Below, piece after piece: positions 10,009-19,933 of a stretch of DNA of 64,000 bases. Made by a program: the position numbers and the translations under genes. The DNA is from a virus. The notes beneath the pieces were generated by a model. It was not told the origin of the DNA. It worked only from the letters and a program-made list of their open reading frames with translations, and ran no database searches. Numbering within the stretch: the stretch's first letter is position 1; every line of letters begins with the position of its first letter. The stretch lies in IMG/VR virus record IMGVR_UViG_3300032093_000070, positions 17,010 through 81,009 of that record. One strand, 5' to 3'.

Positions 10009-10412
10009 AATACTCCGATGTCCAATCCCCAATGCCCATACCGTAACAGCCTATCCGGTTTATCTAACACACCTAACACCTCTGGTCGGTAAGGTAGTTC
10101 ATTAACGAGCTGTTCTACTTTCCCGTAAGAGGTGTAGTATCTAAATGGGTTGCCCCCTATTTCGTCAAGTGTATCTACCAAAGATTTAAGATCTTCTTCA
10201 GATAGATCATAAGAAATTAACTCAAGGGTTGTTCCAGTTCTAGTTGTGTATAAGTACAACCAACTTAAGAACTGACGGTTTATCTTCTTATCAATTTTAG
10301 GCACAGGAAATATCCTGAGCTTTTTTTGTACAGTGACCTCAACCGTTAAGAATGTATCTGTAGTTACGATTATTCTTCTCGGGAGATCATTACTAATGTC
10401 TCCCTTACGCAA
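10005..10412 (-). CDS. hypothetical protein
   Basis: 135-aa ORF packed into the replication operon. Confidence 0.6.
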   Translation of the reverse strand: MRKGDISNDLPRRIIVTTDTFLTVEVTVQKKLRIFPVPKIDKKINRQFLSWLYLYTTRTGTTLELISYDLSEEDLKSLVDTLDEIGGNPFRYYTSYGKVEQLVNELPYRPEVLGVLDKPDRLLRYGHWGLDIGVL

Positions 10413-10733
10413 CTAAATGACCTCTACTTTTCCAAACTTAATTATGAAATCGCGGAAATCATTATTTGATCTGCGAGCTTTCTCTGCGTCTTCAGCTGTG
10501 GCTCGACTGGAGATCTCTAAAGGGTAACCATTACCTTGGTTAGCTTCAACTCTAGCCTTTACAAACCTGATGTGTTTACAACTAGATCGGCTTACATAGC
10601 CGGGGCAAGTGCAATAGTACTTGCCACTCTTTTCTCCATAAGAAACTTCATAGATGCCAGTACCAGAAGTATTGGTGTTTGGTAAAAAGATTTGAACTAA
10701 TCTAGCATCGTCAAGCATGGGTGTTTCTCTCAT
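10413..10733 (-). CDS. SWIM zinc-finger protein
   Basis: CTCPGYVSRSSCKH (CxCxnCxH). Confidence 0.75.
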   Translation of the reverse strand: MRETPMLDDARLVQIFLPNTNTSGTGIYEVSYGEKSGKYYCTCPGYVSRSSCKHIRFVKARVEANQGNGYPLEISSRATAEDAEKARRSNNDFRDFIIKFGKVEVI

Positions 10734-11419
10734 CGTAAGTCCCCTCGTGTTGGATCAATAGGCAGATAGGTGAAAGCCTCCTTGGCAAAACTTGCCGTTG
10801 CGTCACCATATAAACCATCCCAATTTTCACGAGCGATGTTAGTGGTAACTATAGTAGGCAATCCGTTGTTAAATCGGGTGCGTAAAACATGATGAAGTTG
10901 ATTTTTTTGCCAGCCTGATAGGGAGGCATGCTCTTTACCCACATCATCAATAACAAGAACGCGGATGTTATAGGCATCGTCTTTGGCTTCGCCAAGAACT
11001 CCGTCCCACAAAAGGGTATCCTCTTCTGTTGGGTCATCGGACATCGTCCGACCCTTTAGATCAAGCACATCGTTGTAAGTAGCAAAGTAGCAAGGTCGCA
11101 ATAAGATCTTGCCGTCTGTAGGAGCAAAAGACTCTAAAGGAAGCTTGGTCAATAGCTCTTGAATAATCGCTAAGCTCAAAGTAGTTTTACCTATACCTGG
11201 CTTTCCATAGATCAACATGCCAAGACCACAACTTTTTTTACCTAAAGCTTTTATAACTGCCCCTGCTTTTACTACCCGTAACCACATCTTTACTTTATCA
11301 ATGTCGCTTTGAGTTAGGTCAGTGCAATCTGATAGCAAGTAGCCGACGCGAGCGCTAGGTATCCCAGCTACCTTTACCCAAGACTTACGAACTAATTGCA
11401 GGTCAGTTAACTTATACAC
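10730..11419 (-). CDS. DnaC/IstB-like AAA+ ATPase (helicase loader)
   Basis: GKPGIGKT, LVIDDVGKE, RFNNGLPTIVTTN. Confidence 0.85.
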   Translation of the reverse strand: MYKLTDLQLVRKSWVKVAGIPSARVGYLLSDCTDLTQSDIDKVKMWLRVVKAGAVIKALGKKSCGLGMLIYGKPGIGKTTLSLAIIQELLTKLPLESFAPTDGKILLRPCYFATYNDVLDLKGRTMSDDPTEEDTLLWDGVLGEAKDDAYNIRVLVIDDVGKEHASLSGWQKNQLHHVLRTRFNNGLPTIVTTNIARENWDGLYGDATASFAKEAFTYLPIDPTRGDLR

Positions 11420-12289
11420 TTACAGCCCTTCCTCCTCTGCAAACTGCTTGAGTCGATCAATTGATTTCTCTGATTGAACTGTAGCGGCTTCTGTTCTTTC
11501 TTGAGTAACCTCGCTCAATCTGATATCGGCAAGAAGACTACCAAACTGTTTGATAAACATCTTCCAGATAATTTCTGGGTCATTGATCTTCTTATTATGT
11601 GAGATCTGTTTGAAGAACTTCTCGTACATCAAGTTCTCGTAGTACCCGTTGGTGCCGTACAAAGACCGAGCATTGGCTAGGGCGATGCGGAAACGACTCT
11701 CGCCAATATGCCAAGGCAACACATGAAACAGATCTAACATCCTTGAAGCAAACTCGTAGGCACTGTCTGTGACTGACCACTTGGATGGATCGGGGCTCCG
11801 CCTGACCATAGCCTTTTCGTAACGCTGGTTCTTCTGCTCAGCCTTCTGGTCGTACTTAAGCTTGTCAGCTCGCCGACGAGCCTGATCAATATCATCGGGG
11901 TCATACGCGGCAGGGAAATCGGACATAGTGCCTCCTTCAAGATTTACTTTTAAAAACTTTTCTTTCTCTCCCGGCTCCGCCGGGATATTTGCATTACTTA
12001 TGTAGAAATTACTTATAACGTAGTTATTACTATTTCTTAGTACCTTAAGGATCAGGCCGCCTGTTTCTGCCGGCCAGTATTCGGGCTCTACTAGAATGTT
12101 GACCGTCATGATACGGCCCCCAATTCTCTCCTTATGGGTCTTTAAAATACCTGCCTCACGCAGTTCGTTTAGGGCAGCCCTGACCGCCTTGTCGCCTTCT
12201 TTGGCTAACCCAGCAAGGGTCTCAGAATTGATCCTGGAGCCCGTAGAGGCTAGGTACATGTAGAGACCTAATGCCCTCCATGAAATCAT
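11420..12289 (-). CDS. putative replication initiator (N-terminal winged HTH)
   Basis: SWRALGLYMYL...AVRAALNELREAG; immediately upstream of the DnaC-like gene. Confidence 0.6.
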   Translation of the reverse strand: MISWRALGLYMYLASTGSRINSETLAGLAKEGDKAVRAALNELREAGILKTHKERIGGRIMTVNILVEPEYWPAETGGLILKVLRNSNNYVISNFYISNANIPAEPGEKEKFLKVNLEGGTMSDFPAAYDPDDIDQARRRADKLKYDQKAEQKNQRYEKAMVRRSPDPSKWSVTDSAYEFASRMLDLFHVLPWHIGESRFRIALANARSLYGTNGYYENLMYEKFFKQISHNKKINDPEIIWKMFIKQFGSLLADIRLSEVTQERTEAATVQSEKSIDRLKQFAEEEGL

Positions 12290-12951
12290 TCCTGCGGGCC
12301 TCCTGTGCCCTTTTTGCGGGCTTCTAGTTCTTCGGCGAAGGCTTTGGCAAAGACTTTCGCGATGGCTTCGATACCGAAATAGACATTGTCCACTTCTTCG
12401 TACTCTTCTTCGTCCTCTTCGTCTTCGCCTTCGTCGTCTTCTTCTTCTTCCTCATCCTCGTCTTCGTCCTCCTCGTCTTTTTCTAAAGTCTCTTGCTTAG
12501 GGATTACTGGGGCAGCCACAGGCTTAAGGTCAGATGAAGGGGTTAAGGGGAGTAGCCCTTCGGTCAGATCAAAGCAGGGTATCCCAGCATCCTTACATAG
12601 GGCTAGGCTTGTTTGGCATCCTGAATCTTCGTCAGACCAGAGTAGGAATGCGGAAGCTTTTAGTCCGCGTAAAAAATCTACGGCGCTAGATAGTGGATCG
12701 GAGCTTAGCTCCACACTGGCACTAGGCGCTCCGTCAAACCTACCGCTTTCGGTAGTAAATAACAGAATTTCTTTGTCTTTGTCTTTTGAGAACTGAATTG
12801 CGTAGACCTGTTCGGGCGTTGGCTTAGTCTCATACGCGACAACTATTGTTCCGGATTTACCGTTTTTGTAGTAATGATCTTCAAGCAAAGCTTCAATGTT
12901 TGCTCGACTGGTTTTACCGTTACCAGTTACTAGCACATAGTAATTGTCCAT
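12286..12951 (-). CDS. hypothetical protein with long poly-acidic tract
   Basis: About 30-residue D/E run near the C-terminus; GGAGG SD. Confidence 0.7.
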   Translation of the reverse strand: MDNYYVLVTGNGKTSRANIEALLEDHYYKNGKSGTIVVAYETKPTPEQVYAIQFSKDKDKEILLFTTESGRFDGAPSASVELSSDPLSSAVDFLRGLKASAFLLWSDEDSGCQTSLALCKDAGIPCFDLTEGLLPLTPSSDLKPVAAPVIPKQETLEKDEEDEDEDEEEEEDDEGEDEEDEEEYEEVDNVYFGIEAIAKVFAKAFAEELEARKKGTGGPQE

Positions 12952-12989
12952 AGGACCTCCTTGTTAGGGGAGGCACACACTACACGATT

Positions 12990-13265
12990 CTAGTTGGATG
13001 GGTTAATAATGGTTGGCCGGTATGTCGCAATCCGCTCCACCCCAGCAAGCAAAGCATTGCCAAGAAACCCGCCAGCTACTGTCCACAATATGAGACTTTT
13101 TATATCTTCGTAGCCAACTAACCAATTTGCCAGCCAAGCAAACAGCAAAGAAAAGACTGCGTTTACTATCTTGGTGTTGATAAAAATAGATATCAAACTT
13201 ACCAATGGCTCTACTACAGCTAACAAAAACGCGGTAAACATACCGATCAAGACTAGGTCAAGCAT
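12990..13265 (-). CDS. small membrane protein
   Basis: Three hydrophobic segments. Confidence 0.6.
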   Translation of the reverse strand: MLDLVLIGMFTAFLLAVVEPLVSLISIFINTKIVNAVFSLLFAWLANWLVGYEDIKSLILWTVAGGFLGNALLAGVERIATYRPTIINPSN

Positions 13266-13277
13266 GACCAAATACTA

Positions 13278-15800
13278 CTATGTTTTTGGCTGTGCTAAGT
13301 AAATCGCAAAAGTAGAGCCTAAGGTTAGGTACTCACTCAACAGATCTGTGGTGAGTCGATTCTGGATAGCAAACCTATTTTTGTATAGGTGGCTTCTAGA
13401 GGCACTAGCCGTTCCTTCCCAGAAAAGATCTGTACCGTCGCAAGGGCCGTAGTCACCATCAAAGTAAGGCAAGATCACGCCAACATTTTCAAACAGAGCT
13501 TTATCTAGTCCAAGGGTACTTCCGTCAATGACCTGCCATGTAAGTCGCACTGAAGCATACGCCGCGTTACTTGGCGCGGTTGCGATTAATGAAAGACGAT
13601 TCCACGATGTTCCTGAAGCTGTGACTGTGTACTCAGTTCCTATGCTAGAGCTAATAAGGGTCTTTGAACTGTTGTACCAAATGATCTCTGGGGTAACTTC
13701 TTCCTGACCTCCGCCAAGAATTTGAGCATAGACACTAAACGCATAAGAAGTATTTGGATAGTGGATATCCATGTAGTCTGCATTAGTTGTATAGGAATCA
13801 ATAAGCACTGTTGATCCAGTTGCGCTTACTCGTAAAGAAGTTCCTGATCTATACGCCGTGCCCGATACTGTAGTTCGCGGAACATTGGCTGTGGTTAGGG
13901 CGTATGTAAAGGTAAGAGAGTTGAGCAGAGAATCTACGGTATTAATACCAGTAGTTGCCACAGTAAACGCTCCGTCGTAAGGAGAACCTAAACCAGAAAT
14001 AACAATGGTAGATCCGGCTTCTATGTCGTGACTTACAGAGGTTTCTATTCTCACCACATTTGAGTCTACGGTGTAGTGCGTAATTGTGTACACATCTGAG
14101 TCAGGCTCTTGTGCTAAAACATTTATTGACCCAGATCCATCGGTAATGTTCCAAGGAGCTATTGGGGAAGCAAAGTGTGGGTTTTTTAATTCATTAATTC
14201 TTGTGGCTTTTAAAGTTAACTTAAGTTGTCTAGCCTCTTCAAAGGCAGTGGCTGTGGCACTATTTTCAAATTGCGCTCCATCAAAATAATGATGTTCTGT
14301 GGCTACACTATCAGCAGATGTTATTTGAATAACGGGGACTGCAAAGTATGAGTTAGCTGGGGCGGTAGCGGTAACCGTTGGTCGAGCGGTGAATCCATTT
14401 AATACTGTTGTAGTAGAAGATCCAGTGCTTGTAGAAATCAAAGTTCCAAGGCGGTCGTACCACTTTATCTTCAATACAATTCCTCTGACAGTACCAACAG
14501 AAGATGCGTAAGTGCTAAAGGTATATTGCTGACCAGCGGTAATTGGAATTCCTTTAAGGATCGGGTTATCGTCCCCGCACTCAATAGTTGTATTTCCAGT
14601 GCCCGTGGTTTTACGCACAGATAAAATTCCAGATTGTTTATTTGGATAGCCTGTAGGAGCGGTAGCCTCGGCATAAGGAGCTGGGTACGGAGCTACTTGC
14701 GTGTAAGCCTCAGTAACTTTATTGAATCCAGATTGAGCAGCAAAAGAAGTAATAGTAGACGCAACAGATATTGAGGTTGCATCCACCGCTGTAATTGTTA
14801 AAGGCAAACTAGAGTTAAATGCTGGGTATGGACTACCGCTTACTGTTACCTTATGATTAACTTTGTAGTTATGCGCTCCAATAACTAACTTAGCAACGCT
14901 AGCAGTAACGGATATTTGCGTCACATCTTTTTTTACTAAGCTGTTTATAGTGGCTGTAGAATCTGAAGAGATCCAATGACCTTTGGACTCTTCAAAAGAA
15001 GAATCGTTATAATCAAGGAATAAGTTTTTACCTACAAGTACTCCGTCTGTGCTTGGGTTTGGAGTTCCAGCAAGTGGCTCCGGCACTCCATAACCAGTAA
15101 ACGATTTAATAAAGCTTCTTAATCCGTCTTGACTACCTTTCTTTTTAAAGTTTTCAATGGCATCTCGAAGGATAATTCTGGCTTGTTGGAGTCCTACCTC
15201 TGGCTCAAAGTTGATGCCAAATTGTTTTAAGAAGTATGGAATTAAAAGACCGCTGACGCGCTCTAGGTTGTATCGGTCTTCAAGCAAAGCAATTAGTGTG
15301 TGGGTTCTATCTAAGTCAAAACCAAAAACAGAAACAAAGTTATAAAGGTCTTGATTGTTCAAGCTTCCAGACGCGTCATAAATTTGTTCCATTTTCATAA
15401 TGTCTGGTAGTGAATCGTAGACTTTATTTCTATAGTTATAATCTTTTACAGACAAACCAATAACGTTAGATGCTCTTACCCATGCGTAGGCAGTAAGCTC
15501 AAATACAAATAGAGAGTAATAATAAAAAGATCCTGGCAGAAGGTTTTGATCTAGGTAGTTAGTAGGATCGGTTTCTTTTGCAGCGTTAACAAGTACATCA
15601 CCATCAAAGGCATTAACTGGAAATCCGTACGGGTTTCTTACAAGTCTTACTTTTGACCACTCACCCGCAGCGCTATTCCAAGAGAGCTGAATAGTTCCGT
15701 AGTCTGTAGGATCAGCAGTAAAATTTGTAGCAACAAAACTTACGGGGTTGTCTGGACCGTAATAAGCTAAGTTGTAATAGTTTAACCCGTAACGTGACAT
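13278..15800 (-). CDS. baseplate wedge/tail fibre protein (P2 gpI-like segment plus putative carbohydrate-binding domains)
   Basis: Follows baseplate J; LIPYFLKQFG...KKKGSQDGL, two GxxYTFS-type modules, YFDG motifs. Confidence 0.7.
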   Translation of the reverse strand: MSRYGLNYYNLAYYGPDNPVSFVATNFTADPTDYGTIQLSWNSAAGEWSKVRLVRNPYGFPVNAFDGDVLVNAAKETDPTNYLDQNLLPGSFYYYSLFVFELTAYAWVRASNVIGLSVKDYNYRNKVYDSLPDIMKMEQIYDASGSLNNQDLYNFVSVFGFDLDRTHTLIALLEDRYNLERVSGLLIPYFLKQFGINFEPEVGLQQARIILRDAIENFKKKGSQDGLRSFIKSFTGYGVPEPLAGTPNPSTDGVLVGKNLFLDYNDSSFEESKGHWISSDSTATINSLVKKDVTQISVTASVAKLVIGAHNYKVNHKVTVSGSPYPAFNSSLPLTITAVDATSISVASTITSFAAQSGFNKVTEAYTQVAPYPAPYAEATAPTGYPNKQSGILSVRKTTGTGNTTIECGDDNPILKGIPITAGQQYTFSTYASSVGTVRGIVLKIKWYDRLGTLISTSTGSSTTTVLNGFTARPTVTATAPANSYFAVPVIQITSADSVATEHHYFDGAQFENSATATAFEEARQLKLTLKATRINELKNPHFASPIAPWNITDGSGSINVLAQEPDSDVYTITHYTVDSNVVRIETSVSHDIEAGSTIVISGLGSPYDGAFTVATTGINTVDSLLNSLTFTYALTTANVPRTTVSGTAYRSGTSLRVSATGSTVLIDSYTTNADYMDIHYPNTSYAFSVYAQILGGGQEEVTPEIIWYNSSKTLISSSIGTEYTVTASGTSWNRLSLIATAPSNAAYASVRLTWQVIDGSTLGLDKALFENVGVILPYFDGDYGPCDGTDLFWEGTASASRSHLYKNRFAIQNRLTTDLLSEYLTLGSTFAIYLAQPKT

Positions 15801-17512
15801 TAGACGAGGATTCCTCCACTTAGGGTAAGGGTAATATCATTTGCTTCTGGTATTTCGTTTACACCACAGATGATGTCGCTAACCGTAAGGATAGTTGATT
15901 GACCGGTTGCGGCAGCCGATGTTACGTTAGCCGCTACTAAAGCATAAGAAAAAGTAGTGGTAGTAGGAACTGCGGTGATGATAAAAGTTCCATCAAATGT
16001 CGCATCTACGCCAGTAACTTTTACAGTTTGACCTACGGTAAACCCGTGCGCCGCACTTGTAGTTAAAGTTGCTACTGAAGAAGTCAGAGCTTTGTTAGTA
16101 ATAGTTCTAGTAACATCTTGATCTTGTCTTACTAGTTTGCTTACCTGTGTATAAGCAACGCCCGGTATAGAACTGATTGCAGAGATAACATCTTGTAGGC
16201 TGATTCTGTCGTTAAACAACACATTGTCAAAGTCTAATAGTTCGTTAAGGATTGACTCCACAGAAGCTTGGATAGTGCTCTGACGATATTGAGGTAAGCA
16301 TGTGATAGCCGCGGTTATATTAACACCAACATAGCTAGGTGGTTGGAAGGTAACTGTAGTGTTAGCTGGGATCTTATCTTTTAGATATTCTGTGACATCT
16401 GTCTTTAACGCATTAAAGACAGCAGATGGGGTAGTCCCGTCATTCTCAACTCCTTTGTCTCCATACGGAGCAAAGAACACATTAACACTGGTATACACAT
16501 CTGCAATAGCGGTTGCTTTTGCGATACCGCTTACCTGTAAAGTGAGAGCAGAATAATCAGAGATAGATACAGCTCTGTTTAATGATTTAGTGCTAAGGGG
16601 GGCATTGATACGGATTGAGTCAGTTGATTCTGCGTCTGCTCCGCCAGTAGCTGATCCATCATTTGTAGCAGATACATATTGGTTAAGTACAGAGAGTCCA
16701 TTAACTTGATTAGTTTCAATAAACTTTATTGTGTTTGCGGATACATTGCCCTGTATGCCTCCACCTACGCGATAGGTACAAATAATTTCAGCATTATTGG
16801 GAGGAATACGACCGCTTACTCCGTCACCAAAAACAATATAAGTGACGCCATTAGCATTAGTTACAGTCGTGTAAACAGGATCGTACCCTTGATAATCAAT
16901 AAGGTACGGAACTTCCGTGTATTCAACTCCACCAACAGTTACAGAAGTGCTTCCATTAATTACAGGAGACTCTGATAATTGATAGAGCTGATTAGGTTGT
17001 CCGTTAGATGTACCAATAGTTTCTGGATCCGGCGTTTCACCTTGAGTCGCTAACACAGTTGCTGCTCCATCAACAATTCCAACTTTTGCTGGGACAGTTA
17101 CAGCGGTGTCAGTTTCAAAAACAATACGAGTAGTGTTACCACTTATAACTGTAGTGGTAGAAACTTTAGTTCCAGCAGGTACTGTAATAGGACTAGCTGT
17201 TGAGTTTTTAAAAGTCAAAGTCACCGTTGATGCGGTAGCTTCTGTTGGCTTATAACTAAGTAGACGAGCTAATTGAAGAACGCTTTCACGTTGACTAGCT
17301 GTTGTGATAAACGCTTCATTAGCCGCTCTATCAATGTAGTAGTTAAGCAGGTCGCCCATGTAAGAGTATGCCTCTAGGATGGTCATACCAAAATCGGCTG
17401 GGTCGCGGTTTGTCCACTCAGGTGCGTATTCTGGAATAAGGTTTATAACATCGCGACGAATTGATTCGTAGTCGCGGGATGTGTAATCCGTTTGCGGAAT
17501 ATAGTTTGCCAT
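15800..17512 (-). CDS. baseplate J/gp6-like wedge protein
   Basis: DYTSRDYESIR, WTNRDPADFG, GDGVSGRIP, GGADAES, RAVSISDY. Confidence 0.9.
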   Translation of the reverse strand: MANYIPQTDYTSRDYESIRRDVINLIPEYAPEWTNRDPADFGMTILEAYSYMGDLLNYYIDRAANEAFITTASQRESVLQLARLLSYKPTEATASTVTLTFKNSTASPITVPAGTKVSTTTVISGNTTRIVFETDTAVTVPAKVGIVDGAATVLATQGETPDPETIGTSNGQPNQLYQLSESPVINGSTSVTVGGVEYTEVPYLIDYQGYDPVYTTVTNANGVTYIVFGDGVSGRIPPNNAEIICTYRVGGGIQGNVSANTIKFIETNQVNGLSVLNQYVSATNDGSATGGADAESTDSIRINAPLSTKSLNRAVSISDYSALTLQVSGIAKATAIADVYTSVNVFFAPYGDKGVENDGTTPSAVFNALKTDVTEYLKDKIPANTTVTFQPPSYVGVNITAAITCLPQYRQSTIQASVESILNELLDFDNVLFNDRISLQDVISAISSIPGVAYTQVSKLVRQDQDVTRTITNKALTSSVATLTTSAAHGFTVGQTVKVTGVDATFDGTFIITAVPTTTTFSYALVAANVTSAAATGQSTILTVSDIICGVNEIPEANDITLTLSGGILV

Positions 17513-17919
17513 CAGTCGCTTACCTCCAAAATAACCTCACCAGTTCTGGTAAGGATAGCCGTTTTTAGTTTTACTCTCTGCTCATTTTGACGAGGATTAT
17601 ATTTGTAAAAGACCTCGATCATTAAGTACCCATCTGTTTTATCTGAGTAGGCATCAACTTTAAGTAATTGAAGTTGAGGTAGCCATTTGCTGAAAGCGGC
17701 AGAGACAGACTTCCTTATAGATGCCGCAGCCCCTTCATCGTTTTCAAATAGATAGGTTTGAATTTCGCTTCCATATGTAGGGCGCATAATGCGCTCGCCA
17801 AGACGAGTCATCAACATAAGGACTACTCGATCTTGCCAAACCTTTGCCTCATCGCTTGTAAACGCAACAGCCCCAGACGCGTCAAAAGAAAAAGGCAATG
17901 AGATAGCTTTTTGAGCCAT
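17512..17919 (-). CDS. baseplate wedge GPW/gp25-like protein
   Basis: TRLGERIMRPTYGS. Confidence 0.9.
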   Translation of the reverse strand: MAQKAISLPFSFDASGAVAFTSDEAKVWQDRVVLMLMTRLGERIMRPTYGSEIQTYLFENDEGAAASIRKSVSAAFSKWLPQLQLLKVDAYSDKTDGYLMIEVFYKYNPRQNEQRVKLKTAILTRTGEVILEVSD

Positions 17920-18608
17920 TAGCTTCCTCCGATCCAGAGCGGAAAGTTAGGATCTCCGCCTTCAAACATAACCCACACCCCTTGGCTGGGTTGGGGTTTC
18001 CATTTACCAATTAAGTTTAATGTAGCAATTATACCTGGAACCGCTGGGCCAACCCCCGCGTTGTCGTGACTTAGGAAGGTATTAGTGCTGTTAGCAGAGG
18101 ATACAAATTCAATATAGTCCTTTGCCTCCAGATCCAAAATAAGGCTGACAGTCATGGTGATTTCTGAGTTGTTTCCAGCTAATGTGATTTTGGTATTGCT
18201 GTCTGGAATGTCTACTCCGTTTTTTCTAAACCACATGCTAGCTGTACCAGAGTTAGCGGTAGTTTTAATAAACATGGCAGAGAACTGTACAAAGTAGTCG
18301 CCAGTCTCTTCTACATAGATTCGTGTCCCATCAAGATACGATTTACTGGTATCGGCTTCTATCCAGTTATTGACTACTGTAGCTGTGTTGACCCCGATGG
18401 CTTGATCAGAAGTGGTGTAGAAAGTTCCGTAAGGCCAACTCTTTTGAGCTATGGCTCCCCCGACTGGGTAAGCCCACTCAGTCACTTCACTTCCTAAAAC
18501 CTGTGGTACAACAAGTTGTACACGTCCCTGATTCTCCGGATCACTGGAACTGTAAACAAAGCCACGGTAGATGCCGTAAAACCTTTTGTCTGGGCTGTCA
18601 ATACTCAT
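17919..18608 (-). CDS. gp5/gpV-like baseplate spike OB-fold protein with an inserted domain
   Basis: YGIYRG...DPENQGRVQLVVP...WA at the N-terminus and VWVMFEGGDPNFPLWIG at the C-terminus. Confidence 0.8.
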   Translation of the reverse strand: MSIDSPDKRFYGIYRGFVYSSSDPENQGRVQLVVPQVLGSEVTEWAYPVGGAIAQKSWPYGTFYTTSDQAIGVNTATVVNNWIEADTSKSYLDGTRIYVEETGDYFVQFSAMFIKTTANSGTASMWFRKNGVDIPDSNTKITLAGNNSEITMTVSLILDLEAKDYIEFVSSANSTNTFLSHDNAGVGPAVPGIIATLNLIGKWKPQPSQGVWVMFEGGDPNFPLWIGGS

Positions 18609-19933
18609 CGAGCAACCCTGCTCAATCTATTAATAACTGCGGAGGACTTTGTAGTTTGAGGTATCACGGTGCTTAAGGTAGAGGTAGCTGACTTCCATGT
18701 TGGAGCAGAAACAGATGCGGCTCGACTCCTATTGTTTACCGATCCAAATGAGGTTTCTGTCTGAGGAGTAGACCGTCTACCAGTTTTCTTTAATTGAGTT
18801 TTAGGCGCTACTTTTGTTTGTTTAACATTAGGAATTAAAGTTCTTTGGGGTAGGTAGTCGGGAGACAGGATCTCTTTGCTATCCGTCCATCTGTCTGCCT
18901 TTCCTAGTGAGTCCGTTCCAACTTCAAGGATAGTTGTATAGCGGTGCCTGTTTAGTTCCTCTTCAACAATGACATGTTCTGTAGACAACACTGTCCAAAA
19001 ACCAGAATAGGTTTGACCTAGACCATCTAAATAAACAGGGAAATCTGGTCGTAGGGTTGGATCACCAATGACTTCTACCTTAGCTCTATAAGGAAACGCA
19101 TTCCTAGCTTCAGCAGCTTCCGCCTCGTACTTAGCAACATCAAGACTCGGGGCTACAGACACGGTATCAAATTGATCAAGGATCTCCGACTTCTTTTTCT
19201 TTCTAGTTTTTTTATTTGCTTTCTGTTTTGTATAAGATACTTGGCTAGCAGTAAGGACATCTACACCGGATACGGCCACTGCCGCTTTTCTTGCGTCGTC
19301 AAACTCTATAGTCTCTCCAATAACTGGATTGAATGAATAGATGGTTGTACCATCCAAACTAGATGTTGGCTTCTTTACAAATCGAGGGGCTTCAGCTCTG
19401 TACTTTGTATAGTCTTCAAGGATTGGCTGGAAGTAAAGCTCAGTGTTGGTGGCTCTAAGCGTATAACCACATTGCTTTGCCAGCCTGACCATAAGCTCCC
19501 AATCACTGTGACCAGTTTGAGATATCTGTGGGAAAACTCTTGGGTGAGGTACTGAATAGCAAACAAAGTTGTGCTTCTTTGCAATTTCTCTAACTACCCG
19601 ATCAGCTGTTGCATTCTTATAAATCTTTTGTGATTGTCGTTTCATAAGGAAAGACGCACCAATTAAAACTACTGTTACAAAGTTTTTGCCTGGTGTCTGC
19701 TCTGGTGCAATGTGATGAACATATCCGTAGAACTCTCGTCTTTTACCTGGGCCGTACATGGTTACATTAACTGGGCTATTTGGTTCAACAACCTCGTAGG
19801 GTAGATCCCAATCTCTAAAGGTTATTGTCATAATTTCGTGAGAGTATCGGTTTTGTTTTAGGGTAGCCGAGTACACAAATGAAGGCTGTACTGAAGGAGA
19901 CTCTGGAAACTTAACTTTTACATAATTAAACAT
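18605..19933 (-). CDS. baseplate hub protein (gp27/gpD-like)
   Basis: QTGHSDWELMVRLAKQCGY, GDPTLRP, YSGFWTV; position in the tail operon. Confidence 0.8.
   Translation of the reverse strand: MFNYVKVKFPESPSVQPSFVYSATLKQNRYSHEIMTITFRDWDLPYEVVEPNSPVNVTMYGPGKRREFYGYVHHIAPEQTPGKNFVTVVLIGASFLMKRQSQKIYKNATADRVVREIAKKHNFVCYSVPHPRVFPQISQTGHSDWELMVRLAKQCGYTLRATNTELYFQPILEDYTKYRAEAPRFVKKPTSSLDGTTIYSFNPVIGETIEFDDARKAAVAVSGVDVLTASQVSYTKQKANKKTRKKKKSEILDQFDTVSVAPSLDVAKYEAEAAEARNAFPYRAKVEVIGDPTLRPDFPVYLDGLGQTYSGFWTVLSTEHVIVEEELNRHRYTTILEVGTDSLGKADRWTDSKEILSPDYLPQRTLIPNVKQTKVAPKTQLKKTGRRSTPQTETSFGSVNNRSRAASVSAPTWKSATSTLSTVIPQTTKSSAVINRLSRVAR

Noticed and set aside
12386-12796. Poly-Ser ORF on the plus strand
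   Set aside because: Antisense shadow of the GAA/GAC acidic tract
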